From Auanema rhodensis (lineage: Eukaryota > Animalia > Nematoda), in NCBI GenBank assembly GCA_964057225.1, contig OZ059898.1, forward strand, positions 9,424,001 to 9,488,000: a stretch of 64,000 nt of DNA, read 5' to 3'. The translations under genes and the position numbers were made by a program. Every line of letters starts with the position of its first letter. Position 1 is the stretch's first letter. A model generated the notes under the pieces. That model was not told the DNA's origin and searched no databases. It was given only the letters and a program-made list of their open reading frames with translations. Positions 1-11,193 of this stretch are shown here, piece after piece.

Positions 1-2
1 TT

Positions 3-1106
3 TGGACAGATCCGTGTCTTTTCTACAAAATAGAGCATATACCCGTCACGGAGGAAGTATACGAAGTCTATACTTGTGATAGTTGGTCCACCCAAACCGT
101 ATTTAATATAGAAACAACATTACTCCAGCAGAAAAATAATTACAATATCACTCTACAACCTTACACGAAAAATCGTGAACAACTTTTCAATATAACAATG
201 TTATCACAATCACAACCTCCTCCAGAAATGTACACAAAATTATTTTTTTCCTCCAAAGAAAACACGTACATTACGGATATACACACAAAGGGAATAATTC
301 AATGTGCAACAGAGGAAGCCGCATTAAAATATTTTAATAACTGTACAGTATCCTCATTCTGCTCTTGCACATTCAATAGATTTGATGAAATAAAATGTAG
401 GTGTGATACCCCTACTTTTGAAAAAATGTCCAATACATCAGACGTAAAATCTCCTAACCAAAACTTTAAAACTAAAGATAACACGTTATCATTCTCTACG
501 AATTTAGACGAAAATTTAGTTACGGTCGATTCATCCCTATTCTTAAACTCAGTGATTTTCTCCAACAATTTGCCTTGCGCACCTGCCCTGACAAAACTAT
601 CAGGTTGCTACTCCTGCGGGCAGGGTGCATTCGCAGAATTCCAATGCCTTACGGCAGAAGAAACATGGATTTCTATCGAATGTCAAAAAGAAGTATTCAT
701 GATAAAATGCTCTCCAAAAGTAGCAATCACAAAAGTAACAATGAAAAGAGAAAATTCTCAGATTGATGAATTATGCTATACCACATGCGACAATAAAAAA
801 ATTAAGATCATTATTAAAGGAATATTACATCACATAGCAAGCATAGATGAAATAAACGAAAGTGACTCAAGTAAGGGTACGGAATCCAAATCCATTGACT
901 TCGCTCCAATCTTCAAGTTAATTTTATCAAAGTTGGGAATCATATTGATAGGCGTTGCAATAACCGCCACCATAGGATATGTGGCATGCACACCCATCAT
1001 GTACTGTGTAGTTTTGAATACAGTCTTAACCACACAATGGATAGCTACCAGGATATTCACACTGTGGATAAAATCAAAAGCCTTATTTCGGGATCAAAGA
1101 TTTTAA
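3..1106 (+). CDS. env: Envelope glycoprotein, phlebovirus Gc-like (class II fusogen), C-terminal part; 5' end lies outside the window
   Basis: Frame is open from base 3 (WTDPCLFYK...VYEVYTCDSW). Cys pattern LSGCYSCGQGA..C is typical of nematode BEL Gc. C-terminal TM segment LGIILIGVAITATIGYVAC. Confidence 0.85.
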   Translation, partial: WTDPCLFYKIEHIPVTEEVYEVYTCDSWSTQTVFNIETTLLQQKNNYNITLQPYTKNREQLFNITMLSQSQPPPEMYTKLFFSSKENTYITDIHTKGIIQCATEEAALKYFNNCTVSSFCSCTFNRFDEIKCRCDTPTFEKMSNTSDVKSPNQNFKTKDNTLSFSTNLDENLVTVDSSLFLNSVIFSNNLPCAPALTKLSGCYSCGQGAFAEFQCLTAEETWISIECQKEVFMIKCSPKVAITKVTMKRENSQIDELCYTTCDNKKIKIIIKGILHHIASIDEINESDSSKGTESKSIDFAPIFKLILSKLGIILIGVAITATIGYVACTPIMYCVVLNTVLTTQWIATRIFTLWIKSKALFRDQRF

Positions 1107-1402
1107 AAGCATAAGAGAAGAATTTTTTGTGGATATAAAATTTAAAATTAAAAATTGAAATAGTAATGAAACAAAAGAAAAAGATAGCATTATGTGCGAA
1201 TATAACCATTGTAATAAAACAATATCATTGTTTTTCTTTCTTTTCAATTTATGGTAGTATCAAGTTTCTTTTATCCAACTCAGTTACATAACACATAACC
1301 TTTTGTACAGGCTCTAAAATTCATTGTATCTGTAACAAGATAACCTAAACACACTATTGTACAATGAACTAATAGATGTTAATCAGCGTTTAAAGTCCAG
1401 AT

Positions 1403-1915
1403 GTGAACATGTATATAAGGATGCAGCTCATGTCTTTCCTATATTCCATGAAAATGGAAGATATTGTCTCGAATATAATTGAGAATGCTTCCTTTGAGGA
1501 AGAGCTCAAAAAAAAATCCCATCTACCTAACACTGCTGCCAATCTGAGGCTACTAATTGTGCTTGAAAAGAGGCTCTACGAGCACCTAGCTAGCGCGGTG
1601 AACCATCTATCCGAACGACTGGACAATATTCAACATTCGTTAAATCTGAAACTAGACAATTTAGCCATTCAGACTGCTCCTAAAGCTTCATGTGTATTCT
1701 GCAATAAACCGACAGCTGATGGGCACCGTACTGCGGCCTGTCCGATTTATCCTTCCTCACCGGAACGCACTCTCTGTCTTCATGAACTGGGGTTATGCAT
1801 CAGATGTTGTAATCAAAAACATCCAGCGATATGCGAGGTATCCTGCTATAGATGTAAGGCGGATACGCATCATGGAGTGGTTTGTGGAGATATAAAACGT
1901 AAAAGACCTTCGTAG
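1403..1915 (+). CDS. Accessory ORF 3' of env: coiled coil plus BEL-type triple Cys/His zinc knuckle
   Basis: CVFC..H....CP...CIRCC...H...C...CYRC...HH..VC matches the Gag NC pattern of the element at 3452. Start codon uncertain. Confidence 0.7.
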   Translation: MNMYIRMQLMSFLYSMKMEDIVSNIIENASFEEELKKKSHLPNTAANLRLLIVLEKRLYEHLASAVNHLSERLDNIQHSLNLKLDNLAIQTAPKASCVFCNKPTADGHRTAACPIYPSSPERTLCLHELGLCIRCCNQKHPAICEVSCYRCKADTHHGVVCGDIKRKRPS

Positions 1916-1945
1916 GCCTTCTTCTCATTCCCGTATTGCCGGGAG

Positions 1946-2010
1946 TGTCGCGATAAGCGAGTGAGTTTGTATAATTTTTATCTTCAACAATTGTTTTATT
2001 TGTTTCTCCT

Positions 2011-2064
<54 letters not shown>

Positions 2065-2286
2065 TCTCTCTTCTTTCTTCTAACTTCCTAAGTAATTTTT
2101 ATCCATACCACATGTTGTGTTATACATGTGGCATGACTAACTCTTTGTTTCAGGCTGACGACCGCCCACGAGAAGAGATCAGTCTTACATTTTTGTCTTG
2201 TTAATTCATCAATAAACCCTTTTCTACATATTCGCTTTGTGTTTTACTTCCAACCATACTATACACTTGTGGTATAACGCCACACA
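1946..2286 (+). repeat. Probable 3' LTR of BEL element 1
   Basis: Starts TGTCG right after PPT-like GCCGGGAG, has AATAAA at about 2211 and ends CACACA where the tRNA-flank repeat begins. Partner LTR is not in the window. Confidence 0.65.
2013..2080. repeat. (CT)n microsatellite within the LTR
   Basis: Direct observation. Confidence 0.9.
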
Positions 2287-2342
2287 AATCAGTAGAACTT
2301 GACTTTTTCATAATTTTTCGGAAACAATCTAACATTTTCGAA

Positions 2343-2413
2343 GCATCGGTGGTTCAGTGGTAGAATGCTCGCCTGCCACGCGGGCGACCCGGGTTCGATT
2401 CCCGGCCGATGCA
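2343..2413 (+). tRNA. tRNA-Gly (GCC)
   Basis: GCATCGG...CCGATGCA acceptor stem, A box TGGTTCAGTGG, anticodon arm CTCGC-CTGCCAC-GCGGG, B box GGTTCGATTCC, T-run terminator at 2420-2424. Confidence 0.97.
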
Positions 2414-2690
2414 ACTTCATTTTTATAAAAAAATATCATTTATATTTTATAAAGACTGTTTTAGTTCAACAGTTTTACCCGCTTTCACAGTTTTATTTCA
2501 CTTTTGTTGGATTTTCAAGTGTTATAATAAAATTAGTAAACAAGAAGTGTTTCTCTTTGATTTTTTTTTCTTTGTTTAATCTTAATCATGGAAACTTTTT
2601 ATAAAAACTGTTACCATATTTTAGCCGACAATCAGTTAATAGTAGAGAGAACTAATTTTTAATTATTTTCTAAAACTTACAATTCTCTTC

Positions 2691-2745
2691 AAATCAGTAG
2701 AACTTGATTTTTCATAATTTTTCGAAAACAATCTAACATTTTCGA
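2691..2745 (+). repeat. Second copy of the tRNA-Gly 5' flank (matches 2286-2341)
   Basis: About 55 nt near-identical direct repeat, 405 bp apart. Confidence 0.9.
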
Positions 2746-3184
2746 TGTCGGCAAATGCCTGACTATTAACAAAATATAATGATTTACAATATAAACATAA
2801 CTCTTCTGAAATACTAAACCATTATCTATTAACCGAATAATTGTATCATTAACCTATTGCGCAACATTCTCAAAGGATGTTGAACTTTTATCACCTCTAT
2901 AGTTTACATTAACGTGACCTTTCTATTCAAATATCAAATATCACCCTTAAGCTAAATCATATATAAACCCAAGAAACCTTCACTTTCGAATCTAACTTTT
3001 CTACCACTGTACCATCTTTATTTAATAAACCTTTTAAACCCAAATCTGCGAAGTTCAACCCTGATAATACTCTCTTCGAGTATCAGCCTCCGTTAATACT
3101 CCTAAACGGTATTAACTCCTGTATCACGTCGAACGAGTAATACTACAACTATTCCCCTGGAATAACTCTTGGATTCATAGTCCA
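2746..3184 (+). repeat. Probable 5' LTR of BEL element 2
   Basis: TGTCGG start exactly where the tRNA-flank homology breaks, AATAAA at about 3024, ends just before the PBS. Confidence 0.65.
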
Positions 3185-3187
3185 AAT

Positions 3188-3197
3188 TGGTGCATCG
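3188..3197 (+). promoter_or_regulatory. Primer-binding site complementary to the tRNA-Gly 3' end
   Basis: TGGTGCATCG is the reverse complement of CGATGCA-CCA of the tRNA at 2343. Confidence 0.85.
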
Positions 3198-3451
3198 TCC
3201 AAATCAGGTATCAATTGTTAGAAACCTTATTTGTATTCTTTTTTATTCTCACTTTTTTATTTCTTAGTTCCTTTGTTTACTTTTCTTCATCATCACATTC
3301 TTTAAACTTCTTTGCTTCATCTCATCTCATCTGAATCTCTATCTCTATCTCAATCTCAAAATCAAAAAAGTTACCAACACATTTTGCAACAATTCAACTA
3401 AGAAATTCAAAAGTCATACATTTTGCATCAAAAAATTAAAAAACGGTAGCA

Positions 3452-4978
3452 ATGGACCGTACTGAAGAAGTTTTCAATGAAAAACTCCACAATTTCGCAG
3501 ACAAATTTGAGCAACTAGCCAAACTACTCATAAAAACTAAAACTGAGAACCAAGAAAACATTTCGCATCTACGCCTACACACATCTCTCACACAACTTAG
3601 GTCTGAAGAATCATCTCTCGCTACTCTTGCTTCTCTTCTCCCCGAACCTACGTTTTCTGAATTGAACAGAAGAATAAACGAGGTAACCACGCTTTATGCT
3701 GACACAGTAACAAGAGTGAACATCCTGATTTTGGAACTAGAAACCAAAACAGCTAAAAAACAACCCCTCCCCGATTTCGAAGACGACCAAGAGTCGGATC
3801 GGAATAAAAGACCAACGCGAACTAGCTTTGGTCTCTCCGTTAAAACACCTCAACTTTCGATTCCCACATTTAACGGAGACTCCTTAACATTTCCACTCTT
3901 TTGGAACCAATTCAAAACCCTCATTCACAATGAACCTAGCCTAAATATACAACAGAAAAACATTTTTTTGGCAGAAGCCCTACAAGGACCTGCCAGGGTT
4001 CATCTCGAGAATAAGCCTTTAAACGGCGAATTTTATCACAAAATAATCGAAACCTTACAAAACACATATCAACCGATATTAGCGGTTGACTTTCGCATAT
4101 ACCGTAATATCAGGAGATTACCTGTCGCAAAATCCGACCCCACCTCTTTGAGATCCCGAGTTAATGAGATTCGAGCTTTGCTCGACCAACTCGACAGAGC
4201 AAGATCTCAATATATATACAATACTGAAGACCCAGCTTGGGTCACAGAGATATCTGAGAAATTTCCTGAAGAAATTATAGATATGCGCTGTTGGCGATCG
4301 CCCGGCGAAAATACTATAAGTCAAATTCTGAAGGACATAGAGGGTATAGCATACTCAAAGGAAACCTCGGCTTATTTAAGACGAGAACGATCCGAACCCC
4401 AGTATCGAGACCAAACTCAGCCTTTTTTCTCAAAACCCATCAAATCCTCAAAAAAATCAGAACGACCCTGCGTTTTTTGCGATAAGCAGGGTCATCGCTC
4501 TACAAAATGCCCCACGATAACCACCCCCCAAGACCGAAGAGAGATTATAAAGAGAAAAAATAGGTGTTGGATTTGCTTTAGTCCAACACACTCAAGCAGT
4601 AAGTGCAAATTCGAAAGTTGCCGAAACTGCAAAAAAGAGCATAATTATACTTTATGCCTACTTAAGCCAACCATCAAAATTACTAAACCGTCCATGAATT
4701 GCACCACTATATCTAAATCCTTCCATCCTTCTCCCGCTTACCTCATGACTTCTCAAATCTCTCTCTTGAATCCTTTAACAAACACTTATCATACTAAAAC
4801 CATATTTCTTGACCCCGGAGCAACTCAAAGCTTCATCCATCAAAAGACAGCTGAGACATGCAACTTGAATACCTTAGCAACACAAAACATTACAGCAACC
4901 GGATTTTCGGGCAATAAAGAAACTTTTGAAACAAAAACAGTTGAAGCTATTTTGCAAACCATATGGAAAAATAATTAA
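3452..4978 (+). CDS. gag: BEL/Pao Gag plus aspartic protease N-terminus
   Basis: IPTFNGD...FWNQF capsid-type motif, triple zinc knuckle, protease motif IFLDPGATQSF. Confidence 0.9.
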   Translation: MDRTEEVFNEKLHNFADKFEQLAKLLIKTKTENQENISHLRLHTSLTQLRSEESSLATLASLLPEPTFSELNRRINEVTTLYADTVTRVNILILELETKTAKKQPLPDFEDDQESDRNKRPTRTSFGLSVKTPQLSIPTFNGDSLTFPLFWNQFKTLIHNEPSLNIQQKNIFLAEALQGPARVHLENKPLNGEFYHKIIETLQNTYQPILAVDFRIYRNIRRLPVAKSDPTSLRSRVNEIRALLDQLDRARSQYIYNTEDPAWVTEISEKFPEEIIDMRCWRSPGENTISQILKDIEGIAYSKETSAYLRRERSEPQYRDQTQPFFSKPIKSSKKSERPCVFCDKQGHRSTKCPTITTPQDRREIIKRKNRCWICFSPTHSSSKCKFESCRNCKKEHNYTLCLLKPTIKITKPSMNCTTISKSFHPSPAYLMTSQISLLNPLTNTYHTKTIFLDPGATQSFIHQKTAETCNLNTLATQNITATGFSGNKETFETKTVEAILQTIWKNN

Positions 4979-7700
4979 ACTAATTTTGCTAACCTCAAAA
5001 CCACTCACCGGAAACCTAAAATGCTGTTCTCTACAGATCCGGGATAGAGAATTTCTTGAAAAAACCAAAATTTCCGTCACCAATCAATTCATTAATGGGG
5101 AAACATTCTCACCCGACATTTTGTTAGGTATGGATTGGTATGATTCAGTAATAACTGAAGAGCCATCCATTTCATTACCATCGGGTCTAAAAATTAAACA
5201 CATCCACTTTGGTCCCTGTATTTATGGAAAAACAAATAATACCCATGAATCCATAGCCGTCCATTCCTTAATCATAAACCCTCAAATACCGGAGGAAGTT
5301 ATGATTAAACAATTATTCGAAATAGATAGTTTGGGCATTGCTCCACATGAAGGAGCTTTGAACAAATCAGAACTATTCTATAACGAATATTCTACTTTAC
5401 TAACGTTTGATAACGGCTACATAACCGCCCCTCTCCCACTAAAGAAAAACGCCATAAATATTCAATCTAACCGTAATCTTGCTTTGGCAACACTTAATCG
5501 TCTTCAAATATCCTTACAAAAAGACCCCAATCAACAAAAATACTATCAAGAAACGTTCTCACAATATTTAAAAGAAAACGTAATAGAGTTAGTCCCGGCA
5601 GATGTTGAGGCGACCAGAACTTATTATATGCCACATCGCGGTGTGTGGAAACCCCAAAAAACCAAGCCTCTTCGCATAGTCTTTAACGCATCTGCTAAAC
5701 AAAAAGGACAACTCTCTCTAAATGACATAACCTCAACAGGTGAGAGCTTCACCAACAAAATTCTCGATATCTTGATAGGTATTCGTACCAAATCGTATTT
5801 TCTGATGTGTGATATTGAAGGTGCTTTCACACAAATACGCATAGCTAATGATTGTAAAGATCTCTGTCGCTTTCTTTGGTTGAAAGATGTCAATAAGCCG
5901 CCTACGCCAAACAGTATAATAGAATTTCGATTTAATAGGTTAGCTTTTGGCATTACGGCAAGCCCCGCTGTATTAAACATGTCGTTACACGCGTATTTGA
6001 ATAGCCACACCTCACCATTTGTAGAAAAAACCCTAAGATATCTTTATGTAGATAATATTTTTTATACAACCATTGATCAAAAAGAACTAACCGATTTATA
6101 TAAAGATTCAAAGAAAATATTCTCTCAAATTTCGATGAATGTTAGAGAATACTTTAGTAACTCATCCCATTTTAACAACGAAATTCCGGCGATAGATCAC
6201 CACCCAGATAAAAATCCCAAAATACTAGGTGTACTATATAACGCCAGTAAAGATTCGTTTGTATTAACAGGACAAATGCGTATGCAACAGTCTTTTACTA
6301 AACGAGATATGCTGAGTAGTTTACACAGCATATATGACCCCATAGGACTAGCGGCACCGCTCCTACTTCCATATAAAATTATTTTAAGACAAGTAATGAA
6401 CAGCAATGTCGATTGGAAGGAGCAAGTCCCCGAGGATCTCGTCGCCGATTGGAACAAAGCCAGCACAAAGATAGGGCCGTTCAACATTGAAGTTCCGCGG
6501 GAATTATCTAGCAAAAGAGACAAGAAAGAACTGTGGGTTTTTGTAGACGCAAACACAAAAGCTATTGCAGCATGCGCCTATTTAACTACCAGCACAGAAA
6601 GAGCTCCAATCATAATGGGGAAAGTAAAATTAGCCCCCAAAAATAGGACTTTGACCATCCCGCGCTTAGAACTATCCGCAATTTTTATGGGAATAAAAAT
6701 CGCGGAAACAGTATACAATAATTTGAACGAACCGAATCTGGCAATTAACATTGCGTCAGATAGCCAAATAGCTCTATCTTGGCTTATAACGAAAAAAAGT
6801 GTCCCCGTTTTTATCAGTAATATGCGGCAAAACATTGAAGAAATAGGAAGAAGGTTGGAAGCTCAAAAAGCTTCACTACACTTCCACTATGTTGATACCG
6901 ACCATAATCCAGCAGACATTGGAACTAGAGGGACAACAGACCAAAATCTGTTAAAGGAACGCTGGTTGTTTTCTCCACCATGGCTATCACAAATGGACAA
7001 CAGACCAATAAAGGAACTCACCGCTCCAATAGACGAAGACGAACCCCCCATGCTCATTCTACCCGTATCTACTGATATTCAACCATATGAGTCAATAATA
7101 CAACCAGGAAGATTTAATTCGTACTCCAAACTACAACGGACCACAGGTTTGGTATTTAAAGCCGCGCTAGTACTATTGCAGAAAATAAACAAAACCCCAA
7201 CATCAACCATGCTACAACGAGCGCAAAAGGAAAAGCAGCAATCCCAAACCGCAGATCTCTTTCTCATACAAGAGGCCCAGAAAAAATTAAAACAATCGGA
7301 AATAAAGCAATTTCGCACCACCAAGGATAACAACGGATTACGTATAATTCAAACACGTTTGCTAAACGCCAAATTGCCTGCATCCACAAAGTACCCCTTT
7401 TTACTACCCAAAAAATCTGATTTAGGTAAACTAATTTTGCTTTCCATACATAAAGAAAATGCACACCTGGGAACTACACATCTGATCAGCCTATTTCTTC
7501 AAAAGTTCTTCATGGCAGGAACAAGGCAGGTATGCAAATCAATTATAAAAAAGTGCGTCCCGTGTCAAAAAATACTCAGTCGCCCATTCACCACAGATTT
7601 TCTGGCACCTCTGCCAGAAAATCGAATTACAAAAGCTATGCCATTTAAGCATACGGGGCTAGACTGTATCGGACCCATTAAATATAGAAAAAGTGAAGAA
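4926..7700 (+). pseudogene. pol: BEL/Pao Pol (protease C-part, RT, RNase H, integrase N-part); offset from gag by a frameshift near 4955 and truncated
   Basis: YYMPHRGV, LRIVFNAS, DIEGAF, FGITASP, YVDN (RT); FVDA, IPRLEL, SDSQ, NPADIGTRG (RNase H); H..H..CVPC and PFKHTGLDCIGP (integrase). Confidence 0.9.
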
Positions 7701-9282
7701 AAAGTGCTAGAGCGTAAACTAAGCCTAAGGCTTCTATCTCTATGGGAGCATAGTTACGTTCTGCTTTTACTAATTTCCTACTTGCGAAAGCAATTGGATG
7801 TAAGTTCTTGAATGGTTCGTTTGGATCTTTGGGCTGCAGTAATACTGCGCCTATGGCGATGTTGCTGCCATCACTTTCAATGATGAAAGTTCGGTCTGAT
7901 CGTGGTGGTTTCAGTACCGGTGCTTTGATTAGTCGTTCCTTTAGCTTATCTAGTGAACGTTGACATTCGCTAGTCCAATTGAAGTCTGCGTCTAGCTTAG
8001 TAAGGTCATACAGCGGACTTGCTATATGTGCAAAATCTTTAATAAATTTTCTAAAGAATCCGACCATTCCTAAGAATGCTCTTACTCCTGTGGGTGTTTG
8101 AGGAGCAGGGTAATCGCGGATGGCGGAAACTTTCTGTTGATCGGGCTTAACTCCGTCTCTTCCGACAATGAGTCCAAGAAATTTCACTTCTGGTCTTGCA
8201 AATGAACATTTCTTGAGTTTAATCTTAAATCCTAGTCTTTCTACAGCGAGTAATACTTCTTTTATGTCTTCGAGGTGTTGTTCTGCGCTGTCTGATATGA
8301 CTAGTAAATCGTCCAAATAGACAAATAGTCGGCATTTACATTTATTTTGGAGATATCTCACGGCTGTTTGAAAGGTATGTGGCGCACCACATAATCCCAT
8401 AGGCATTCTCCTGTATTGATAAGTCCCACTATTGGTGGTAAAGGATGTGAGTGGTCTATCCTTCTTCGATAATGGTATTTGGAAAAAGCCAGACACAAGA
8501 TCAAAATTAGAAAAGTATTGTGATCCAGCCGCTAAGTCAATGATATCAGAGATGTTAGGAATCACATATGTTTGTTTTCTTGTAACGTTATTTAAGGCTC
8601 GGAAATCCGTAACGAAACGGAATGTTTCGTCTTTTTTCTTAACGAGAACGACAGGGCTGTTGAACAAAGATGTCGATCGTTCTATTATCCCTTGCTCGAG
8701 CATTTCTTGGATTTGTCTTTCTACCTCTTCTTGTTTCCCGAGAGGTATACGTGAAATTCGTGGCTTTGGCATATCCATATCCGTTCGTAGTGGTATCTTG
8801 TGTTCTACTGGTCCTTTGAACAATCCTATCTTTTTATCTTCATTGAGGAATGCCTTCTTACGTTGACGAATGATGTTTCGTAGTTCGTCTTTTTGTCGTT
8901 GCGTAAGATCAGCCTCTTTTAGGTCAAATTCTTTCATGAAATCACTAGGGAAGTGAGGTAATTTGCCTTCCCAGTCTGTTTCTGGTGGAATATAGTCGTA
9001 CTGTTGTTCTGTTGAGAAGATTTCATAGTCCGGTATAGATCCTATTTCGGCTTCTGCAATTACAGTGCCGGCCGGTATTTCTATGAATTCTTTAGAATTG
9101 TTCCGGAATTGGATATTGATGGAGTTAACATCGCGAAATGCTGTGTCGTATCGAGGTGAGAGAGGTGTATTGTCGTTTGGTTTAATCATAGCGATTAAGT
9201 CTTCTCCGATTGGGTTCTCTAATTGGACTTGGAAATTAAAAACTTGTCGTGGAAGTAGACTCCGCGGTTCCAAGGTTATCAA
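7700..9282 (-). pseudogene. pol: Gypsy/Ty3 Pol fragment (RT and RNase H), truncated at both ends
   Basis: SPVVLVKKKD, DFRALN, DLVSGFFQI, MPMGL, YLDD, ESDGSNIAIGAVL, IAFASRKL. Related to the pol at the window end (PPETDWEGKLP vs PPEADWEDKLP). Confidence 0.92.
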
Positions 9283-9353
9283 TCAAAGGTTGGACTGGTG
9301 TCACAACCGCGCCGCTAGCCGCGCCGCCTGCCGCGACGCTGGATGTCCGCGTT

Positions 9354-10690
9354 AGTAGAGAGCCATGCCGAATTTACTAACCACGCCCCCAAACAGTTGC
9401 TAAAAACATACTTTTGAGGGCGTCAGCTGCTAAAATCATACTTTTGGGGGCGTCAGCTGTCAAAATCATATTTTCGGCGTCAGCTGTCAAAAATATACTT
9501 TTCCTCCCGAGGCAGGCTCTCGAGCCTGCGCATGAATCAAAATGCATGATTTTTTTTTAAAATTATTTTTTAATGTATTATTTTAAATGAATTTTTATTA
9601 TTTATATATTTGTTAATTGTATTTGTAAATATTTTTAAACTTATTTCTTTTTAAATGAATTTTTATTATTAATATATGTTTTAAATATTATTATTTAATT
9701 ATTTCTTTTTAAATGTATTTTATATATTTTTAAAATATTATTAAAATTATCTCCTTTTAAATGTATTTTTAATATTTATACATTTGAATAAACTTTTTAA
9801 TATATATTGTTTTTGTTTTAATTTATAAAATTTGAATAAAATATATAAAAGCTAATTAATATGTTCACCGTACCTTTTATGGGTTAATCAATGGAACTCA
9901 TATCGAAGGTTAATTCGATAAGAAGTAATAAATATTTAAACTAAATTTAATGAAACACATATCGAAGGTTAATTCGATAAGATATATTTTATATATTTAT
10001 TTTTTAATTTTATTTGTTTACATTGTTTATAGATTGTGTTTATTATAGTTTATAATTATTAATTTAACTTTTAAAAAGTTTGTTGTTTATCTAGGCGAAC
10101 CATTTTGTTCACCGTACCTATTATGGGTAAATCAATGGAACACATATCGAAAGTTAATTCGATAAGAACGATATGGAATACAAAAGTTAATGGAACACAT
10201 ATCGAAGGTTAATTCGATAAGAACGATATGAAATACAAAAGTTAATGGAACACATATCGAAGGTTAATTCGATAAGATCGTTAAAACAGGTGCACTGACC
10301 CACACAAAAACCACATGGCAAACGTTTTGTTCATAAAAATATGATAAATAGCTGTACACCACATGTACCAAGTTGTCTAATATTTTCAAATTACATGAAA
10401 GAATAGTTTAAAGAACCTTTTTTTTTTAATTTTATATTAGTATATTCTAATATACTAACTCAATAAAACACATATCGAAGGTTAATTCGATAGGATTCAC
10501 AAACAATTGTGTTGTTTCCAATGGAACACATATCGAAGATTAATTCGATAAGATCGTTAAAACAGGTGCGCTGACCCACACATGTACCACATGGCAAAAG
10601 TTTTGTTCATAAAAATATGATAAATAGCTGTACAGCACAAGTACCCATAACGCTAACGAATACTTACTATGCCAAGGGGTCATGGGTATA
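9354..10690 (+). repeat. Left TIR of Maverick A, including about 31-bp CAGCTG repeats and the palindromic motif array
   Basis: Reverse-complement match to 25640-26477, with an internal segment of about 570 bp present only on the left. Confidence 0.85.
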
Positions 10691-11193
10691 TAGTTTTTAG
10701 TATCAAAAATGTTAATGGAACACATATCGAATATCAATTCGATAAGATTGGTGAAACAGATACGTTGACCTACAATGAACCAAATGGCAAAGCACTTGTT
10801 CATTAAAGTATAACAAATAGCTGTATAGCATATGCATCAAGATTTCTAATATTCTCAAATTACTTGGAAAGAAGAGTATATAGAAAAAGTTTTAGTGTGT
10901 ATATTACTAATATTCTAATACCCTAACTCAAAGAACACATATCGATGATTAATTCGATAAGATTGTTGAAACAGTTGCGCTGACCACAACAATACATGCG
11001 TATTTATTAACAGCGGATTGGCAACTGCCACTGTTGACAGCTGTAATATGATACAATGTTGAGTGTTGGCAACATTGTTACGTGACAATAAAACAACTGA
11101 CTGTTCTTGCAATGAAGTGTAATATAAATGTGTAAAATGAAATATGGATAACTACCTCTCAGAGTTTGCATAATTTTATTCTAACAAGATACA

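Larger units (their letters stand above)
1..2286 (+). mobile_element. BEL/Pao (Belpaoviridae) LTR retrotransposon 1, 3' part (env, accessory ORF, 3' LTR)
   Basis: Phlebovirus Gc-like env, a zinc-knuckle ORF, then a purine-rich GCCGGGAG directly before a TGT...ACA segment with AATAAA. Confidence 0.8.
2746..7700 (+). mobile_element. BEL/Pao LTR retrotransposon 2 (5' LTR, PBS, gag-pol), 3'-truncated within integrase
   Basis: TGT start at 2746, PBS at 3188, then Gag, PR, RT, RNase H and the integrase N-terminus. Confidence 0.9.

Noticed and set aside
2365-2604. 79-aa ORF
   Set aside because: It is a translation of the tRNA gene and its AT-rich flank.
2641-2650. AGTAGAGAGA resembling the Maverick terminus
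   Set aside because: Only 9 nt match and no TIR sequence follows; likely chance.
4926-4978. Programmed gag-pol frameshift
   Set aside because: The shift is +1 and falls inside the protease. BEL gag-pol is normally one ORF, so a 1-nt indel in a dead copy is more likely.
5624-8866. Numerous 60-145 aa antisense ORFs over the pol genes (and similar ones over Maverick genes)
   Set aside because: They are shadow ORFs with no motifs or independent conservation.
9299-9353. GC-rich TGTCACAACC... segment as an LTR that Maverick A inserted into (continuing 26478-26606)
   Set aside because: Plausible, but there is no partner LTR, PBS or PPT to support it.
10140-10290. CRISPR-like array (palindromic repeats at regular spacing)
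   Set aside because: The intervening sequences are themselves repeated rather than unique spacers, there are no cas genes, and the context is eukaryotic.
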